From Saccostrea echinata (lineage: Eukaryota), in the NCBI RefSeq assembly GCF_033153115.1, contig NW_026889762.1, forward strand, positions 4,278,001 through 4,342,000: a stretch of DNA of 64,000 nt, read 5' to 3'. A program made the translations under genes and the position numbers. The number at the start of each line of letters is the position of its first letter. The first letter of the stretch is position 1. Positions 1 through 13,234 of this stretch are shown here, piece by piece. The notes under the pieces were generated by a model. The model did no database searches, was not told the DNA's origin, and was given only the letters and a program-made list of their open reading frames with translations.

Positions 1-345
1 GCAAAGTGCTGAACCCTGTGTCCGCTGAAATAAATTACGCCATTTTTTTTTCATCATGCCTTTGAGCAAGCAGAACACCAAATATTACACCCGCCAAGAA
101 AAACCGCTATACGATATTTTTATGTCTGTCGGACAATTTTGCTATATCTTTTGTTTTTATATAAAAGGTCAGAATTGTGTTAAACATCCCTCCATGTATA
201 GGTAATAAAAAGTTATAATTTTATATACATTATGGATATTTTTCTTAAATTCAAGTTGCAAAACTAAACAGAACTCTCTTTGTACATGCTTAAAAGTTGT
301 TTGCTTTACAACTACCTTAAGCTTAAGATATTTGTCTACCTGCCC

Positions 346-425
346 AACCGGTCAGGGTAGCCTAGTTGCAGGGCGTTCACTCCGTGATTTGGAAGCCCTG
401 GTTTGGTTCCTGTTTACCGTGAAGC
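346..425 (+). mobile_element. Degenerate 5' fragment (tRNA-like head) of a SINE
   Basis: GGTAGCCTAGTTG...GCGTTCACTCCGTGATTTGGAAG...GGTTCCTG resembles the head of the SINE at 556-862. Confidence 0.45.
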
Positions 426-555
426 GACAAACTCCGATACAAATACATGAAGAATAATGGTTACACAGAAAAACTTTATAAATTAAGTTAACATTATCAT
501 ATCTAAAATTGCACATTATAATGATGGAAATTTATATATCATTTCAATGTCGCTC

Positions 556-862
556 ACGGTAGCTCAGTCTATAGAGCGCTCGCTCCGTGATCGGAAGGCC
601 GTGAGTTCAAATCTCGACCGTGACTGACCTAAGACGATAAAAAAATAGGTAGCAACTGTTCCTTCGCCAGGTGTTCGGCACTTTCAAGTGAAAGTTGCAG
701 TTCTTTCGGATGTTGGCACGATAAAGATCCCTCATTGCTCAATGGCCTTGAGTGCCGAGTAAAGGTCTAAAATTGAAGCCCTTCACCGGTATATGGTGAC
801 GTCTTTATATTAGCGAAAAATTCTCGAATGGGACGTAAAACAACATACAATCAATCAATCAA
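556..862 (+). mobile_element. tRNA-derived SINE (SINE2) with (CAAT)n tail
   Basis: Has an A-box-like TAGCTCAGTCTATAG, a B-box-like GAGTTCAAATC and a (CAAT)n 3' tail. Flanked by the 12-bp direct repeat TCAATGTCGCTC at 544-555 and 863-874 (TSD). Confidence 0.85.
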
Positions 863-1887
863 TCAATGTCGCTCTTGGGATATAATATTTCACGTGTGGC
901 AATAACTGGTACATTTTTTCCCTATTATAAAAGTTGACCATCAGCATAATTTCACTTAAGTAATTCGACTATATATTTATGAATTGGTTTTCAGGAGTAC
1001 CTGTTTTTACTAAGATTGACAGGGTAATTGTAAAGTAAGACTCTAAAAGCACTCGGCTTTGTTTCGTACTTATCCATGTCTTCTTACAGATAAATAATAG
1101 CTGCTCACCACACATTTCCTTTGCAGATTTATGTTACGAATCTTTCAAATATAACCACAATATTAAAACAGATCTTCAAGGTTTCCTTGTATCTTAAATG
1201 GTTTTACTGCTAGAGAAACGTTAAGAGCTTTTTGTGCTTAAGGTATTAAATAAAAAGCATAAGCACAAAGAAAACATTTTAGTTTATTTGTCTCCTTTCT
1301 TTTAGAATAGTCATCTTCTGACCCTCTGGTTCAGATTGGATTTCGTGACTTTTTTTGTTTTGTTAGTTATGCTCATGTACATTTAAATCGGAGATAATCC
1401 TGTGTCCATTATATTTTGTCAGAAGTTTTAATTATCGTTTAAACTATTACCAGTCGTTTATAGCGATCCCCTTGTTAGATAGGAACATGTACTTCTGTAG
1501 AATAAAAGAACACTGTTAATCCTTTGCATTTGTTTTTAAATAACTTACACCGAAGATGAAGAATACATATTAAAATTTATTTGCAAAGATTATAAAAAGA
1601 TCTCTTAAACAAAGAAAATACGATATCTTTAGGCATTTCTTTTCTTATTGTAAATTATACTCCATATTATAACAAAAAAAAGAAGAAGAAGAAAAACAGC
1701 TGTACAGTGCATATGTAAGAAGAAAATAGATTTGCCGGTCAAATTAATATCAGTGGAGAATTGGACTTTGATATTCTGGATTGGCATCCTACCATTTTCA
1801 TTAGTTATATACATCGCAATTTTTTTTTCTAAATTAGACAGATCTAGAGGTGCAACTGATTATACAATATGCACATGTTATTCCGTA

Positions 1888-2399
1888 CTGGACTTTTGCG
1901 AGAAGCACTGACTTTTACAGTCGACAGCTGACTTTGACATTTAAACTTGTGTAATGTACGGAGGTACGGAATTGATAATAGATAAGAAAACATAAATAGT
2001 GGTTATAGGTATGGTGTTAGGGGCGCTTACATGATTTACCGGTGTACAATCAACACAAGAGATGATGGGAGGCAGAAAAACATAACTTAAAATATGTTAT
2101 TCGTGAGGGGTAGTATCTGCTTTCAATCTCATTTGCTGAAGAATTAAATAAGGAAGGAAAAAAACATTTCGAAAGGAAAACTTGACAGAAATTGGTCAAG
2201 GTGGAAAGGGAGAGGTTTGAGGATGGGTGGTTGCAGTTTCCTTCCTAGACAACGTTATATGTGCTTTGAAACTACCCATTATTACTTTTTAATTAATTTT
2301 TCAGGTAAATACTTATACCGCAAAAGAGTTCCCGTAGATTGTTCTAATGTAATAGTAAGCCGTCGACTGTAAAAGTCACCGCTTCTCGCAAAAGTCCAA
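1888..2399. mobile_element. Non-autonomous TIR DNA transposon (MITE), about 510 bp
   Basis: TGGACTTTTGCGAGAAGCACTGACTTTTACAGTCGAC (from 1889) is inverted at GTCGACTGTAAAAGTCACCGCTTCTCGCAAAAGTCCA (to 2398). TA on both flanks suggests a Tc1/mariner-type TSD. Confidence 0.7.
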
Positions 2400-2990
2400 T
2401 ATTCTGTATATTATTTGAAATAAAACAGATCTTCCATATTTTAAATACCCAAATAGGCGCTGTTGGTATCAATCTCGTCTTTCACTCAAATGTCAGTTCG
2501 GATGTTTGCATAATTATTTCTTGTACTTTTTTAAAATAAAGTTTGCGTTGAACGATTTCTCTAGCTTTTCAAAGATTCTTTATTGAATATCACAAAGCAT
2601 ATCGAAAATTAAAAAGGAGCATATTTCGTCCTCGATCGTGGAAAGTACACTTACAAAATGACAACTACATGTAATTATAGTGCAACCTGCTGTAAGAACA
2701 TGCATTTTTTTTTTAAATTTTCGGAAAGTGGTCCTTTGAAACACATGTCATATGAAATGAACCTTTGTAGTTCTCTTTTACGACGTTTACGACTTCGATA
2801 TATTTATCAAAACTCAGTGGGCAGTGGAACATCAAAAAGAATAAGTAGCCGGTAAGGGCCTTATGTTTTAATGTAAATTATGAGCTTCAGAATACAGATC
2901 CATTTAATCAATATCTGAAATAGTATTTATTGTACTGCATTTTCTCGGTATATGAAGAATAGATGGCGTGTCTTCGTAGAGAATAAAGTC

Positions 2991-5900
2991 ATGGGAAACA
3001 ACTGCAACTGTTATTCTCACCAATACAACTGTAAAGGGAGTTGGTCATGGAATCGTAAGTAATACAAGACTGATCATGATCTCTGTTGTTTTAACTACAG
3101 TAACTGAACCGTATTTAACGTGGTTTTAGATTACCGGTAGTTCCTATTTAACATCTAACACAAAATTCTGTCAATTTTGCTTCAGATGAATGTGGATTCA
3201 GAATTTCCAGTTTACAAAACAGGATATAATTTTTACATACTCCGCTTATGTTACATGATAATTATTTCAGAGACTACAGCTCTAGTTTATGCTTATTTAT
3301 TTCACGTTTGACTTTTTTTTCTATGTTACTGTGAATGAATGTCAGTTTCAGAAGTGATATTTACGTCAATTAGAACTGAAATAGTATTTTTTGCAGGCTG
3401 CCATGTGGGTAAACGTACGTATAACTTAGCAATGTCTTACAAAATCGTTTTAAGCAAAAACTCAAATGCACATTTTTAAATTGTAACTGAAACATTTTAG
3501 GTAAATAAACGTATGAGCAAATAATATATTACAGGATCGGGAGAAGATGGTCTTAAAGTTGCAGAGAACAATAGCGAAGGTAATTGTTGTCAAAAAAGCA
3601 AAGGAAAATATGATTTTATCTGTGTGCTAAGTTGTTTATTTTATTTTTTTTTTTTCAATTTTGGTTGTGTTTCTTTATAATTGATTCATAGGCGTCGGAA
3701 GCAAATTGAGAGTGGGGTGGCTAATTGAAAGTGGGGGCTAAACCAACGGAAAAGGGTAAGCCCCAGTTTTCAATGCCTATATTTTGTCTATCTTTGAAAA
3801 AAAGTGTGGGGGGAGGGGCTAAGCCCCCCCCCCACCCCTAGCCCCCCGGTTCCGACACCTATGTGATTTTTGCAATTAGAATTTCTTGTTCATTCAAGGA
3901 GCCATTGTTTATATCTTTTTAAAATGTTCAACCTATAAATGAATTAACTATTCTGTGGATTCTAAATATACGCAAGAAATTTATCATTGCATTATTTCAA
4001 GAGAAGCATCACTCGAGCTCGCAAAATAATTTGCTCGTTTATTTGACTATTGCTGAAATACATGTAAAAACTATTTGATCAGCAGTTCTCCCGCAAATTC
4101 ATGTTCCCGCAATTTGATATCTGCGAGTCATTTTTTGTGAGACAAGTACTTGTGTAAAATAAGAAATCTACAGTATTTCGATTATAAATAATATCAATTT
4201 GAACCTGGAAAAGAACATCGTAAGAAAGATAGCATTTCTATATAAATTTTGTTGATTACTTTTGATCCTTGGTATTTATCTTGATTCTTTGACATCAACA
4301 GTGGCAATGCAGATGGCTTCAAGTGTGTGTTTTGCAATCTTGGCCGTTAATATGTGTATGGGTAAACGATTCAGTAAAAGGCCGGAGACACCCGAGAAAA
4401 TGAAACTGAAAAGTATTTGGATCGAAGGCGTGGACAAAATTTCTGAAAACACGACCCTCCCACCTACTTTTGATCGGACCAAAGAAATAACCGTAATCAT
4501 TCATGGATATTTGGTGGACTCTTCATTACCAGGCATACAGGATCTAGTTCATGGATTAGGAAAGGTAGGTTTTTTATCACTAGCCTACCATATTGAATTC
4601 ATTTGTTCCCTTAATTGCATGTATCCCGGTATTACTTTCAGTTATGCAATCAAATTCATAATTATTGAATTGAATTCATAATACATAAGTATTGAAATTA
4701 ATTCATAATACAATAATAATTCAATATACGTATTATATAATGAGATAATAATGCATTTGGACCCAAACTGACAAATAAAATTACACTGAGAGCATCGCTT
4801 ATTGATAATGAAGCCGAATTCGTTTTATCTTTCCTTTCAGCCCATAAAGATTCTGTAATTTTAAAACCCTTTTCATCTTTTAATTGCTATTCAAAAAAAA
4901 TCTATCAAATTGACTGTAAATTGTTCATTTATTGTTCATTTTTAAAGAATCTCAATTTGTAATGAACTAGGATTTGACATTCAAATAATACCCATGTAAA
5001 CAATTCCTTTTTATAGAAAAACTACAATGTCCTGATGGTTGATTGGGCGACAGGTACTACTGAAGATTATGATCAAGCCGCTTCTAACGTACAGACAGTT
5101 GGGGCTTATGTGTACCAAGTTCTAAAACAGAACTCCATTCCTCTGGACAAAGTGTATATCATTGGACAAGGTCTGGGGGCACATGCCGCAGCAGAGGTCG
5201 GAAAATTATCCAATGGGAAAATAGGCCGCATAACAGGTTTTGTATATATGTACTAGCTATAACTAAATTGATAAAAGTTCTGAATCATAAAAATGAAATA
5301 TTTTAAGAAAGATAAAGCATGGATTAAGTAAATATTTGATCGAACGTATTTTTGCTCAGGTTTAGATCCATCTAGTCCTCTTTTTGAAAACACCAATTTT
5401 GGAATTAACAAAGACTCTGCCCAGTTCGTGGATATCATACACACAGATGCAAGAAAATTTGGTAAGAAGTTAAAATCTAACCGATTATTTAGGAACGGAG
5501 TATATTATTTAAAAAAAATAATAAACGTTGTTGTTAATTTAAAACGAAAGAAATGTGAAGATAACTAAGCTCAAGACGTCCATTAGAGCATATAAATGAG
5601 AACAGAAAACAATTCAGTATGAAAATAATGGCTAACAATTTTATGAAAAATGTCAGTCAACGCTTGTCCTAACTACAGATTATATTTGCAAACAAGGTCA
5701 TTGTATCGACCAAAAAATTTACAGAATTGATCGACTTACGAAATTGCTGATACCCTTGTATCATCATCTTATTTGTCAGTAGCCTGCCTTGGTTTAAAAA
5801 TTGCTCGTACGTGGAATATATATTTAAAAATTGTAAATTGAAACTTAAACATTTCCAGTAGTTAATTAAGTTGTTCTTTGTTGAAATTCTTTTTGGAGTG

Positions 5901-6494
5901 TTTTCTTCTCTTATTCTCATCCTCACACATATGTACATAAATTATTCATTTGATGCATTGTTATATGTGCTTTTTTCATACAAAAGAATGAAAAAGACAT
6001 TACAAATTATCGGATGTAGAATAATCGTTACCAGCCATTTCAAAGATTCATTACATAATTAAGGCTGTTTGGTTATTCCTGTGTTAGGTTACGGAATGAA
6101 AAAGGCCTGTGGTCATTTGGACATCTACGTAAATGGAGGGAGACGTCAACCTGGGTGCATCTATAACCCAACAAAACCTGTCAGCATCCCAGATCTAAAA
6201 AGTAAGATTACATGAACACAGTTAGCACCGACCATACTAGATATTAAAAAATCCTAAATTTCCTTTTCAGAAGCGACGTTCAGTAAAGCCTGTGGTCACT
6301 TAAAGGCAATTGGATACTACGTGGAATCCCTTTCGGACAAATGTAAGCTGAGAGCCTGTGAGTGTACATTCCAGAAATTCCTTCAGTCCAATTGTAGCTG
6401 GACTAACTGTGTTTCCTGGGGTTATAACGCCACTAAGGAAGCAAGGGGAACTTTCTACGGGGTAACAGCTACCTCCTTCCCGTACTGCAGATAG
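2991..6494 (+). CDS. Pancreatic lipase-related (alpha/beta hydrolase) protein, copy 1, probably catalytically inactive
   Basis: GT-AG exons in consistent phase: 2991-3054 and 3535-3579 (both tentative), 4302-4564, 5017-5236, 5360-5461, 6088-6201, 6271-6494 (TAG), followed by AATAAA. Motifs: VIIHGY, NVLMVDW, IIGQGLGAHAA, RITGLDP, SAQFVDIIHTD, GHLDIYVNGGRRQPGC, ACGHLKA, T..FPYC. An alternative start ATG at 4307 gives a signal-peptide-like MQMASSVCFAILAVNMCMG. Confidence 0.88.
3687..3863. mobile_element. Short MITE in an intron of lipase copy 1
   Basis: TIRs CATAGGCGTCGGAA / TTCCGACACCTATG, G/C-run-rich interior, TGATT on both flanks. Confidence 0.7.
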
Positions 6495-6759
6495 AAAGTA
6501 TCTGAATAAAAGTCTTCCTGTTGAAATGAATAAAAACTGCTTACGCATTTGTGTCTTACTCTTAATTACTCGACTAAATTTGAATTACTAAATTTGACCA
6601 TTTTTTTTTTTTTACCTGGAATGGTGCAACCTATAAATAAGAAGCATTGTTTTTCTCTTTCTTGAATTTTAACCACGATGGGATAGAATAAGTGTACAGT
6701 TGTATGCAGATTAAAATAAAATGATACCAGGGAAATGACCATGCTTGTTGATTTTAACA

Positions 6760-7640
6760 AAATCGAAGGAAAAACTCTGCAACAACATATTCGAGAAGTT
6801 GTGTTAATCAAATGTGGATACTAAAATACTCAAAGAAACCTTTCAGAAAAATTAAAATAAAAAAAAATTACCAAATCAAAAGCATCAAAACGTACGACTT
6901 TTCAGCAGTTCATACAAACCATTCCTCACGAAGAATTAGAGACCAGACGTTCTGACATCTTATAGAACGATTTCCTTAATAGAAATAGAACTCTGAAATG
7001 TTCATACCTGTGCTTGCTCATCTATATACTTCCTTTGCTAAAACTCATTCTGACTCTTCATACAAGTATTCTGAAGTTGATATTAAAAAGGTGCTCGAGT
7101 TCCTATTATTCTTAGAGGTAAGATATTCTGTGAAAATGTCAAATGGTTTCCCATTTTTACTTATCGCGACCCTTTACTAGCAGATCTGTTTTTGTATTCT
7201 CTAGATGAATTTATTGAATTTTAAATTTTTAAGTTTTTTTTTTTAACTTCTACATGAAAAGAAGCTAGGAAATCTTTTGTTGCGGTCTACTAGGAAATCT
7301 CTTGTTGCGGTCTACAAATTGACATTAAGATATTCGACGAGATTTTATAAATTAATGAATAAAGTATAAATAAGGAAAAGAAATTACCGTTTTCATTTCT
7401 ACGTTGATTCTTTATACCCTACGCAACTCGAAATAAAAGAAACTTCAGAGTCTGACACATCTTTTTCATATTTTGGATGTTTTATCAGGGAAAGAGAGTG
7501 ATAGCTGTGTGTGATGAAGTTTATGTCTCCTAGTTGATTCGATACACAAGACCATGTTTGGCGTACGAGCAATTTCTAAACTGAGACAGGCTACCTGCTT
7601 ACAAATATATTGAAGTTACAAAGGTATCATCAATTTCGTT
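6760..7640 (+). pseudogene. Decayed reverse-transcriptase relic, probably from a Penelope-like retroelement
   Basis: Frameshifted remnants read VNQMWILK, IKTYDFS, TIPHEEL, KYSEVDIKKVLEFL and ADLFLYS. No intact ORF. Family assignment is tentative. Confidence 0.5.
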
Positions 7641-8175
7641 CAAAATAAACAGTTTGATTTATGATACTAGTATTATTCAGTACGCATGGGAGAAAAAATA
7701 TACAAGGATTGCTAGTACTGATTGACGTTGAGAAAGCTTTTGATACGATTTCATTGAACTACACTGTATTTAGAAATCCCTGCAATATTTCAATTTTGGC
7801 CCTTCTATACAAAAATTGATGAAATTGTTTTTTAGTAACTTTGAAATACATGTATATTACGAGCATAGGACTCGGTTACAAATTTCATTCACAAAGCAAA
7901 GTTTTATTTTGGGATTTTTTTAACAAAAATCAAAGACATGCAAAACTTGCTGACCTTGTAGGTAAAATACTAAAATTATATAAAGAGATGTTCAGAAAAA
8001 GAATAAATGTTAGACCTGCATTATAACAAATTATTTTTTTATGAAAGCAAAATAAATACGATATAAAAATGGAGACAAAGAGGTTTTTGACACCAACTGG
8101 AACCGATGGAGTCGTTTTATTGAAGTTTGGGTATCAAATGAGATCCTATATAATTATATGAATTATTTGCTAATA

Positions 8176-8182
<7 letters not shown>

Positions 8183-8220
<38 letters not shown>
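8183..8220. repeat. (CT)n microsatellite
   Basis: Seen directly. Confidence 0.95.
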
Positions 8221-8359
8221 AAAATCAAACCAAGTCTGTAAAAATATGAAAGTTTGTATAATGTTTTATTGATGAAAAAAGCTTTTATTACTATTATTGT
8301 TTTATTTTGGGAAATTATGCTCAGCTAGTTAGGGTGCTTGATCGACGTTTTCGTGTCTG

Positions 8360-9330
8360 TTTAACTCATCAGAGCTGAAAGCTCAAGTGTCTGAGCTTTT
8401 CTGATCGAAGAGTGTCCGGTGTCTGTCATCTGTCGTCTGTAAACTTTTCACATGTTCGACTTGTTCTCAAGAACCACTTGAGCCAATTTCAACCAAACTT
8501 GCCACAAAGCATCCTTGGGTGATGTCGATTTACGTTTGTTCACAGGGAGTGCCACGCCCTCTTTCAAGGAAAGATAATTAAAAATTCGTGACAATTCGGT
8601 GGCATTATTAAAAGTCTTCTTCTCAAGAACCACTGGGCCAGAAAAAAATGAATCTTGTGTTAAAGCTTCATTATTATGCTTTAGATTCAAGTTCAATGTT
8701 CAAGTTCAAATTCCCGGGGATAGGGCGAGACCACAACCGGGGATCAAAGTTTTCCATAGGAATATATGGGAAATATCTTTCAAAATCTCCATCTCAAGAA
8801 CAACAAGGCCATGATTAGTCATATTAGTACAGAAACATCCTCAGGTAGTGTAGATTAATGTTTGTTCAAATCAACACACCTGGGGGAAGGGGCTGGGCCA
8901 CAACCGGGGATCAAAATTTTAGATAGGAATTTATAGAAAAAAAAAATCTTTAAAAATCTTCTCAAGAACAGCAAAGCCAGCACTTTTTAACTTTTGCTCA
9001 AACCATGACCCCCTGGAGGTAGGGTGGGGCTGAAATAGGGGATCAAAGGTTTTAAGTAAGAAATTAAAGAAGTAAAAAAAATCTTTTCCGCGTGAACAGC
9101 AAAACCATAATTACGGTAGGTATATTTATATGGAAGCTTCCGCAGATGGTGAAAATTCAGGGCTTTTTTTCAAATCATGACCCCCCGGGTGTAGGGTGGG
9201 GCCACAACTGGTAATCAAATTTTTACAAAGAAATACACAGGAAAATTCTTGAAAAATCTTCTTCCCAAGAACAGCAAAGCCATTGTACATTGGTATGTTA
9301 TACCAATGTAGATTCAGACAAATTAATGAA
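8360..9330 (+). mobile_element. Degenerate, 3'-truncated Helentron/HINE-like element with internal satellite-like repeats
   Basis: 5' end AGCTGAAAGCTCAAGTG...GAGCTTTTCTGATC, a GTCT microsatellite and AACCAAACTTGCCACAAAGCATCCTTGGG match the family at 48172-49760. Confidence 0.7.
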
Positions 9331-9928
9331 AAGATTTTTTTCAATATGCATGTATTACTTGACGATTCTACATTGTATTCTTCTCATGTAATAATCATAT
9401 CATACGAACAGAATGAAACATCGTGCGATACAGTACAGTTAATGTTTACATTTTCAAACACTATTGTCATTTTGTGTCATTCACATATTAAAATTCACAA
9501 TTCTGTAGAATTCATGTCTGTATGAAATAATGATTAAATATTTCTAGAGTAATATGTATTTACATGCATAGTTTTAGAACAACACATTTAAAAGTTATAG
9601 TATGCATCTACAGCATCTATATGCATCTAACTCGAAAAAATACGTAGAAAGGAAGTTGTTAGTTCGTCAAGTTTCTTATAATCATAGAGAATATATGAAC
9701 GTTTTACCGCTTTTGTGTATTTTCTAGAATATATATGTCACTTATAGATGTTCACGCCAGTATTTGACTGCTGCACTGTTGTGCAGCCATATGTCTCTGT
9801 GAATCATTTATTATCCAAAGAAATCTATTTAAATTTCTTCTCAACCCTTGATACCCTTGGATGACACATCAACACAGATACTGGTTTCCTTGTTTTAAGG
9901 CATTTCTATGCACCAATTTTTAGCCTTA

Positions 9929-11209
9929 TTATATCCCCCGCTTGAAAAGCAGGGGGTTATATAGTGATGGGGGTGTCCGTCCGTCTCTCTGTCTGTCTGT
10001 TTGTCTGTTTGTCCGCAAAAACTTTAACATTGCTCATAACTTTTGATTGGTTGGAGCTTTGGCTTTCATATTTCACATGTGTATTTCTTGTGACAAGACC
10101 TTTCTTCGGGTACCATCATATTTGACCTTTTGACCTTGACCTTGGAGTTTGATCCAGTTTTACAAAAATTTTTCGAACTTTAACCTTGGCCATAACTTTT
10201 GAACGGTTGATGCTAGGGCTTTCATACTTCACATGTGTATTCCTTGTGACAAGACCTTTCTTTGGGTACCATCATATGTGACCTTTTGACCTTGACCTTG
10301 GAAGTTGACCTATTTTTGATAAACTTTAACCTTGGCCATAACTTTTGAACGGTTGATGCTAGGGCTTTCATACTTCACATGTGTAATTCTTGTGACAAGT
10401 CCTTCCTTTGGATACCAACAACTTTGACCTTGACCTACGATTGACCTACTTTTGAAAAACTTTAACATTGGCCATATATTTTGAACGGTTGGTGCTAGGG
10501 CTTTCATTCTTTAGATATGTCATTCTTGTGAAAAGACCTTCCTTTGGATATCAACAACTTTGACCCTTTGACATTGACCTTGGAGTTTTACCTACTTTGG
10601 AATACTTTAACCTTGGCCATAACTTTTGAACAGTTGATGCTAAGGCTTTCATTTTTTCACATGTGTTATCCTTGTGACAAGCCCTTCCTTTAGATATCAA
10701 CAGTTATAGCCTATTGACCTTGGAGTTTGACCTACTTTTGGAAAACTTTAATCTTGGTCATTTCTTCTGAACAGTTGGTTCTAGGGCTTTCATACTTCAC
10801 ATATGCAATCCTTGTGACAAGACCTTCCTTTAGATACCAACAATTATAGCCCTTTGACCTTGACATTGGAGTTTGAACTACTTTTGGAAAACTTTAACCT
10901 TGGCCATTTCTTTTGAACGATTGGTGCTAGGGCTTTCATATTTCACATGTGTATTTCTTGTGAGAAGGCCTTTCCTTGGGCATCGATTATTTTGACCCTG
11001 ACCTTGATGTGTGACTTACTTTTGAAAAACTTTAACCTTTTCCATATCTTTTCAATGGTTGCTGCTAGGGCTTTCATATTTCACAGGTATATTCCTCGGT
11101 ACAAGACCTTACTTTGGGTACCAACATATTTGATTTGCATTTTAGAAAGTTTAACCTCGGCTATAAGTTGTCATACGGGGGCATAAGTGTTTCACAAACA
11201 CATCTTGTT
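9929..11209 (+). mobile_element. Helentron/HINE-like non-autonomous element with about 8 tandem units of 140-155 bp
   Basis: 5' TATCCCCCG...GGGGG hairpin, GTCC/GTCT microsatellite, repeated AACTTTAACCTTGGCCATAACTTTTGAA...TGTGACAAGACCTT, and 3' end CGGGGGCATAAGTGTTTCACAAACACATCTTGTT. Confidence 0.8.
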
Positions 11210-11514
11210 ACACTTTAATTTGTCAATGTGTAGTAAATTTGTTGTCAATTTCTGTTTTAAGCCCAGCCAATAAATTGCTATGTAAGATTAATGCAAATTT
11301 AGGTTGTTGTCATTTGTTAGTTCTAATAAATAAAAGTTTAAAAATTGTAAATTCTTTTTTAATCAAGTGTTGTACAGCAGAAACAATTGTGCATATCCAA
11401 TTTTTTTTTATCAGTGGCATTAAAGCGCTGTACATAATGGTTACTACGGAAGCGTATTAGTGCCACTTGGACACTTTTTTATTTTTTTTTTATTATTAAT
11501 TTTTTTTTCATTTC

Positions 11515-11795
11515 CACACTTTAATCTGTAAATTGTACACTTTAATCTGTAAAATTTACACTTTAATCTGTAAATTTTACACTTTAAAGTGTAAATTTTA
11601 AAGTGTAAATTTTACACTTTAAAGTGTAAATTTTACACTTAATCTGTAAATTTTACACTTTAATCTGTGGAATTTACACTTTAAAGTGTAAATTTTACAC
11701 TTTAAAATGTTAATTTTACACTTTAATCTGTAAAATTTACACATTGAAGTGTAAAATTTACACTTTAATCTGTATAATTTACACTTTTATCTGTT
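11515..11795. repeat. Minisatellite with ~21-bp unit TTTAATCTGTAAATTTTACAC / TTTAAAGTGTAAATTTTACAC
   Basis: About 13 imperfect tandem copies seen directly. Confidence 0.9.
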
Positions 11796-13234
11796 TAATT
11801 CCCATAATTCGTCAACTTCATACATCTTATATAAAGCCAACAGACCATGACTCCTGCTTGATAAGATTTAACTTTAAATTCTTATTAACAACAAATGTGG
11901 AATATAATTACTTATCAGATATTATATGTATGGATATAAAACAAATAATAAGCAATCTAGTAAGACTGATATAAGTGAGACTTTCATAGAATATTTGAAA
12001 GAATTATGAATTCAGTGGAAGAGAAGAGCAAATCAAACACACATATCTTCTCATCGATCAATGAATATGATATTGATATCAATATACGCAAATCATTTGA
12101 TGCGCTCAGCAGTTCAATTATTGATAGCATAAATTGAATTACATTTTACATGTATTACGGCAACAATCGAATTACTTATTGAATTGAGAATTTTTATATA
12201 ACCAATTAATATATTAATTATGAAAGTATATACATGTACATGTATATATAATTAAAGTATATGAGTTTATATTAATTTTGGAACAACAGGACAATTAATA
12301 TCCTTTGATTCAATGATGTATCTTTATTGTTACGTTCTAAAATGACCGTAATTTTAACTGTTATATTTTAACTTATATTTTACATCATGATCATAGTCCC
12401 ATAAACTTGCAATATCAATCTGAACTTTTTTATGATTTGATGCAGTCTAATTGTTGAATTATATTTTTTTTCTTCAAACGAATTTGACATGTCTCTAAAA
12501 TTTTATATTTTAAATATGCCTCAAGAAAAATCAAAACTGCCCAGCGCAAATGGGGGGTTCTAAATAAATAGAAGATCCATTTATAGAAACGTTAAATAAA
12601 ATGTTTTTCATGAATTGAGATCTTGTTCTTATTTACACTTTCAAATGCAACAATGTTCGTATGTAACGAATGTTTCATGAGAAGTAATATTTACTGTTTT
12701 TAAGATTAATTCCAACAAAATGGACCAATTCATGTGATGTAATTTCTGCTCTACTTGTGCCATGGTATTGAAAATGTCAAAAGAAATCATAATTTGAACT
12801 GCATCATATATATCATCGTGTCATATTTTCCTTGAACTGTACTATATGTACAAACGGATAAGAGATATATGTAAAATTGTCTGTATAGACGTTTTAACAG
12901 AACCTAAAATAATGTAAATAACAATTTTTATGATGACTTTTAGCTTGAAATCATTTAACCATCAATGGAAACTTCTTTCATATTTCTGCTTGGGTCAATG
13001 CCATAGTTCAACTAAAATAAAATGCTGAAACGTACGTTACTTAACATAAAATGCGAGTTTAACAGTTTCAAAATTATAAGAGAGAAAAAAAAAAACCCTG
13101 ATGTAGATTCAGAATAGAAACTCAAGCCTTTGTTTAATCAATATCATATGATTCAAACTAAAAATGTCTTTCAAAATAATTTTAATTCATGTTTTTCTTC
13201 AGAATTAATGTGTATGTTCAATAATGCGCCTCTA

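Noticed and set aside
549-625. tRNA gene
   Set aside because: It has A/B-box-like motifs but no clean cloverleaf, and it continues into a SINE body with a microsatellite tail and TSD.
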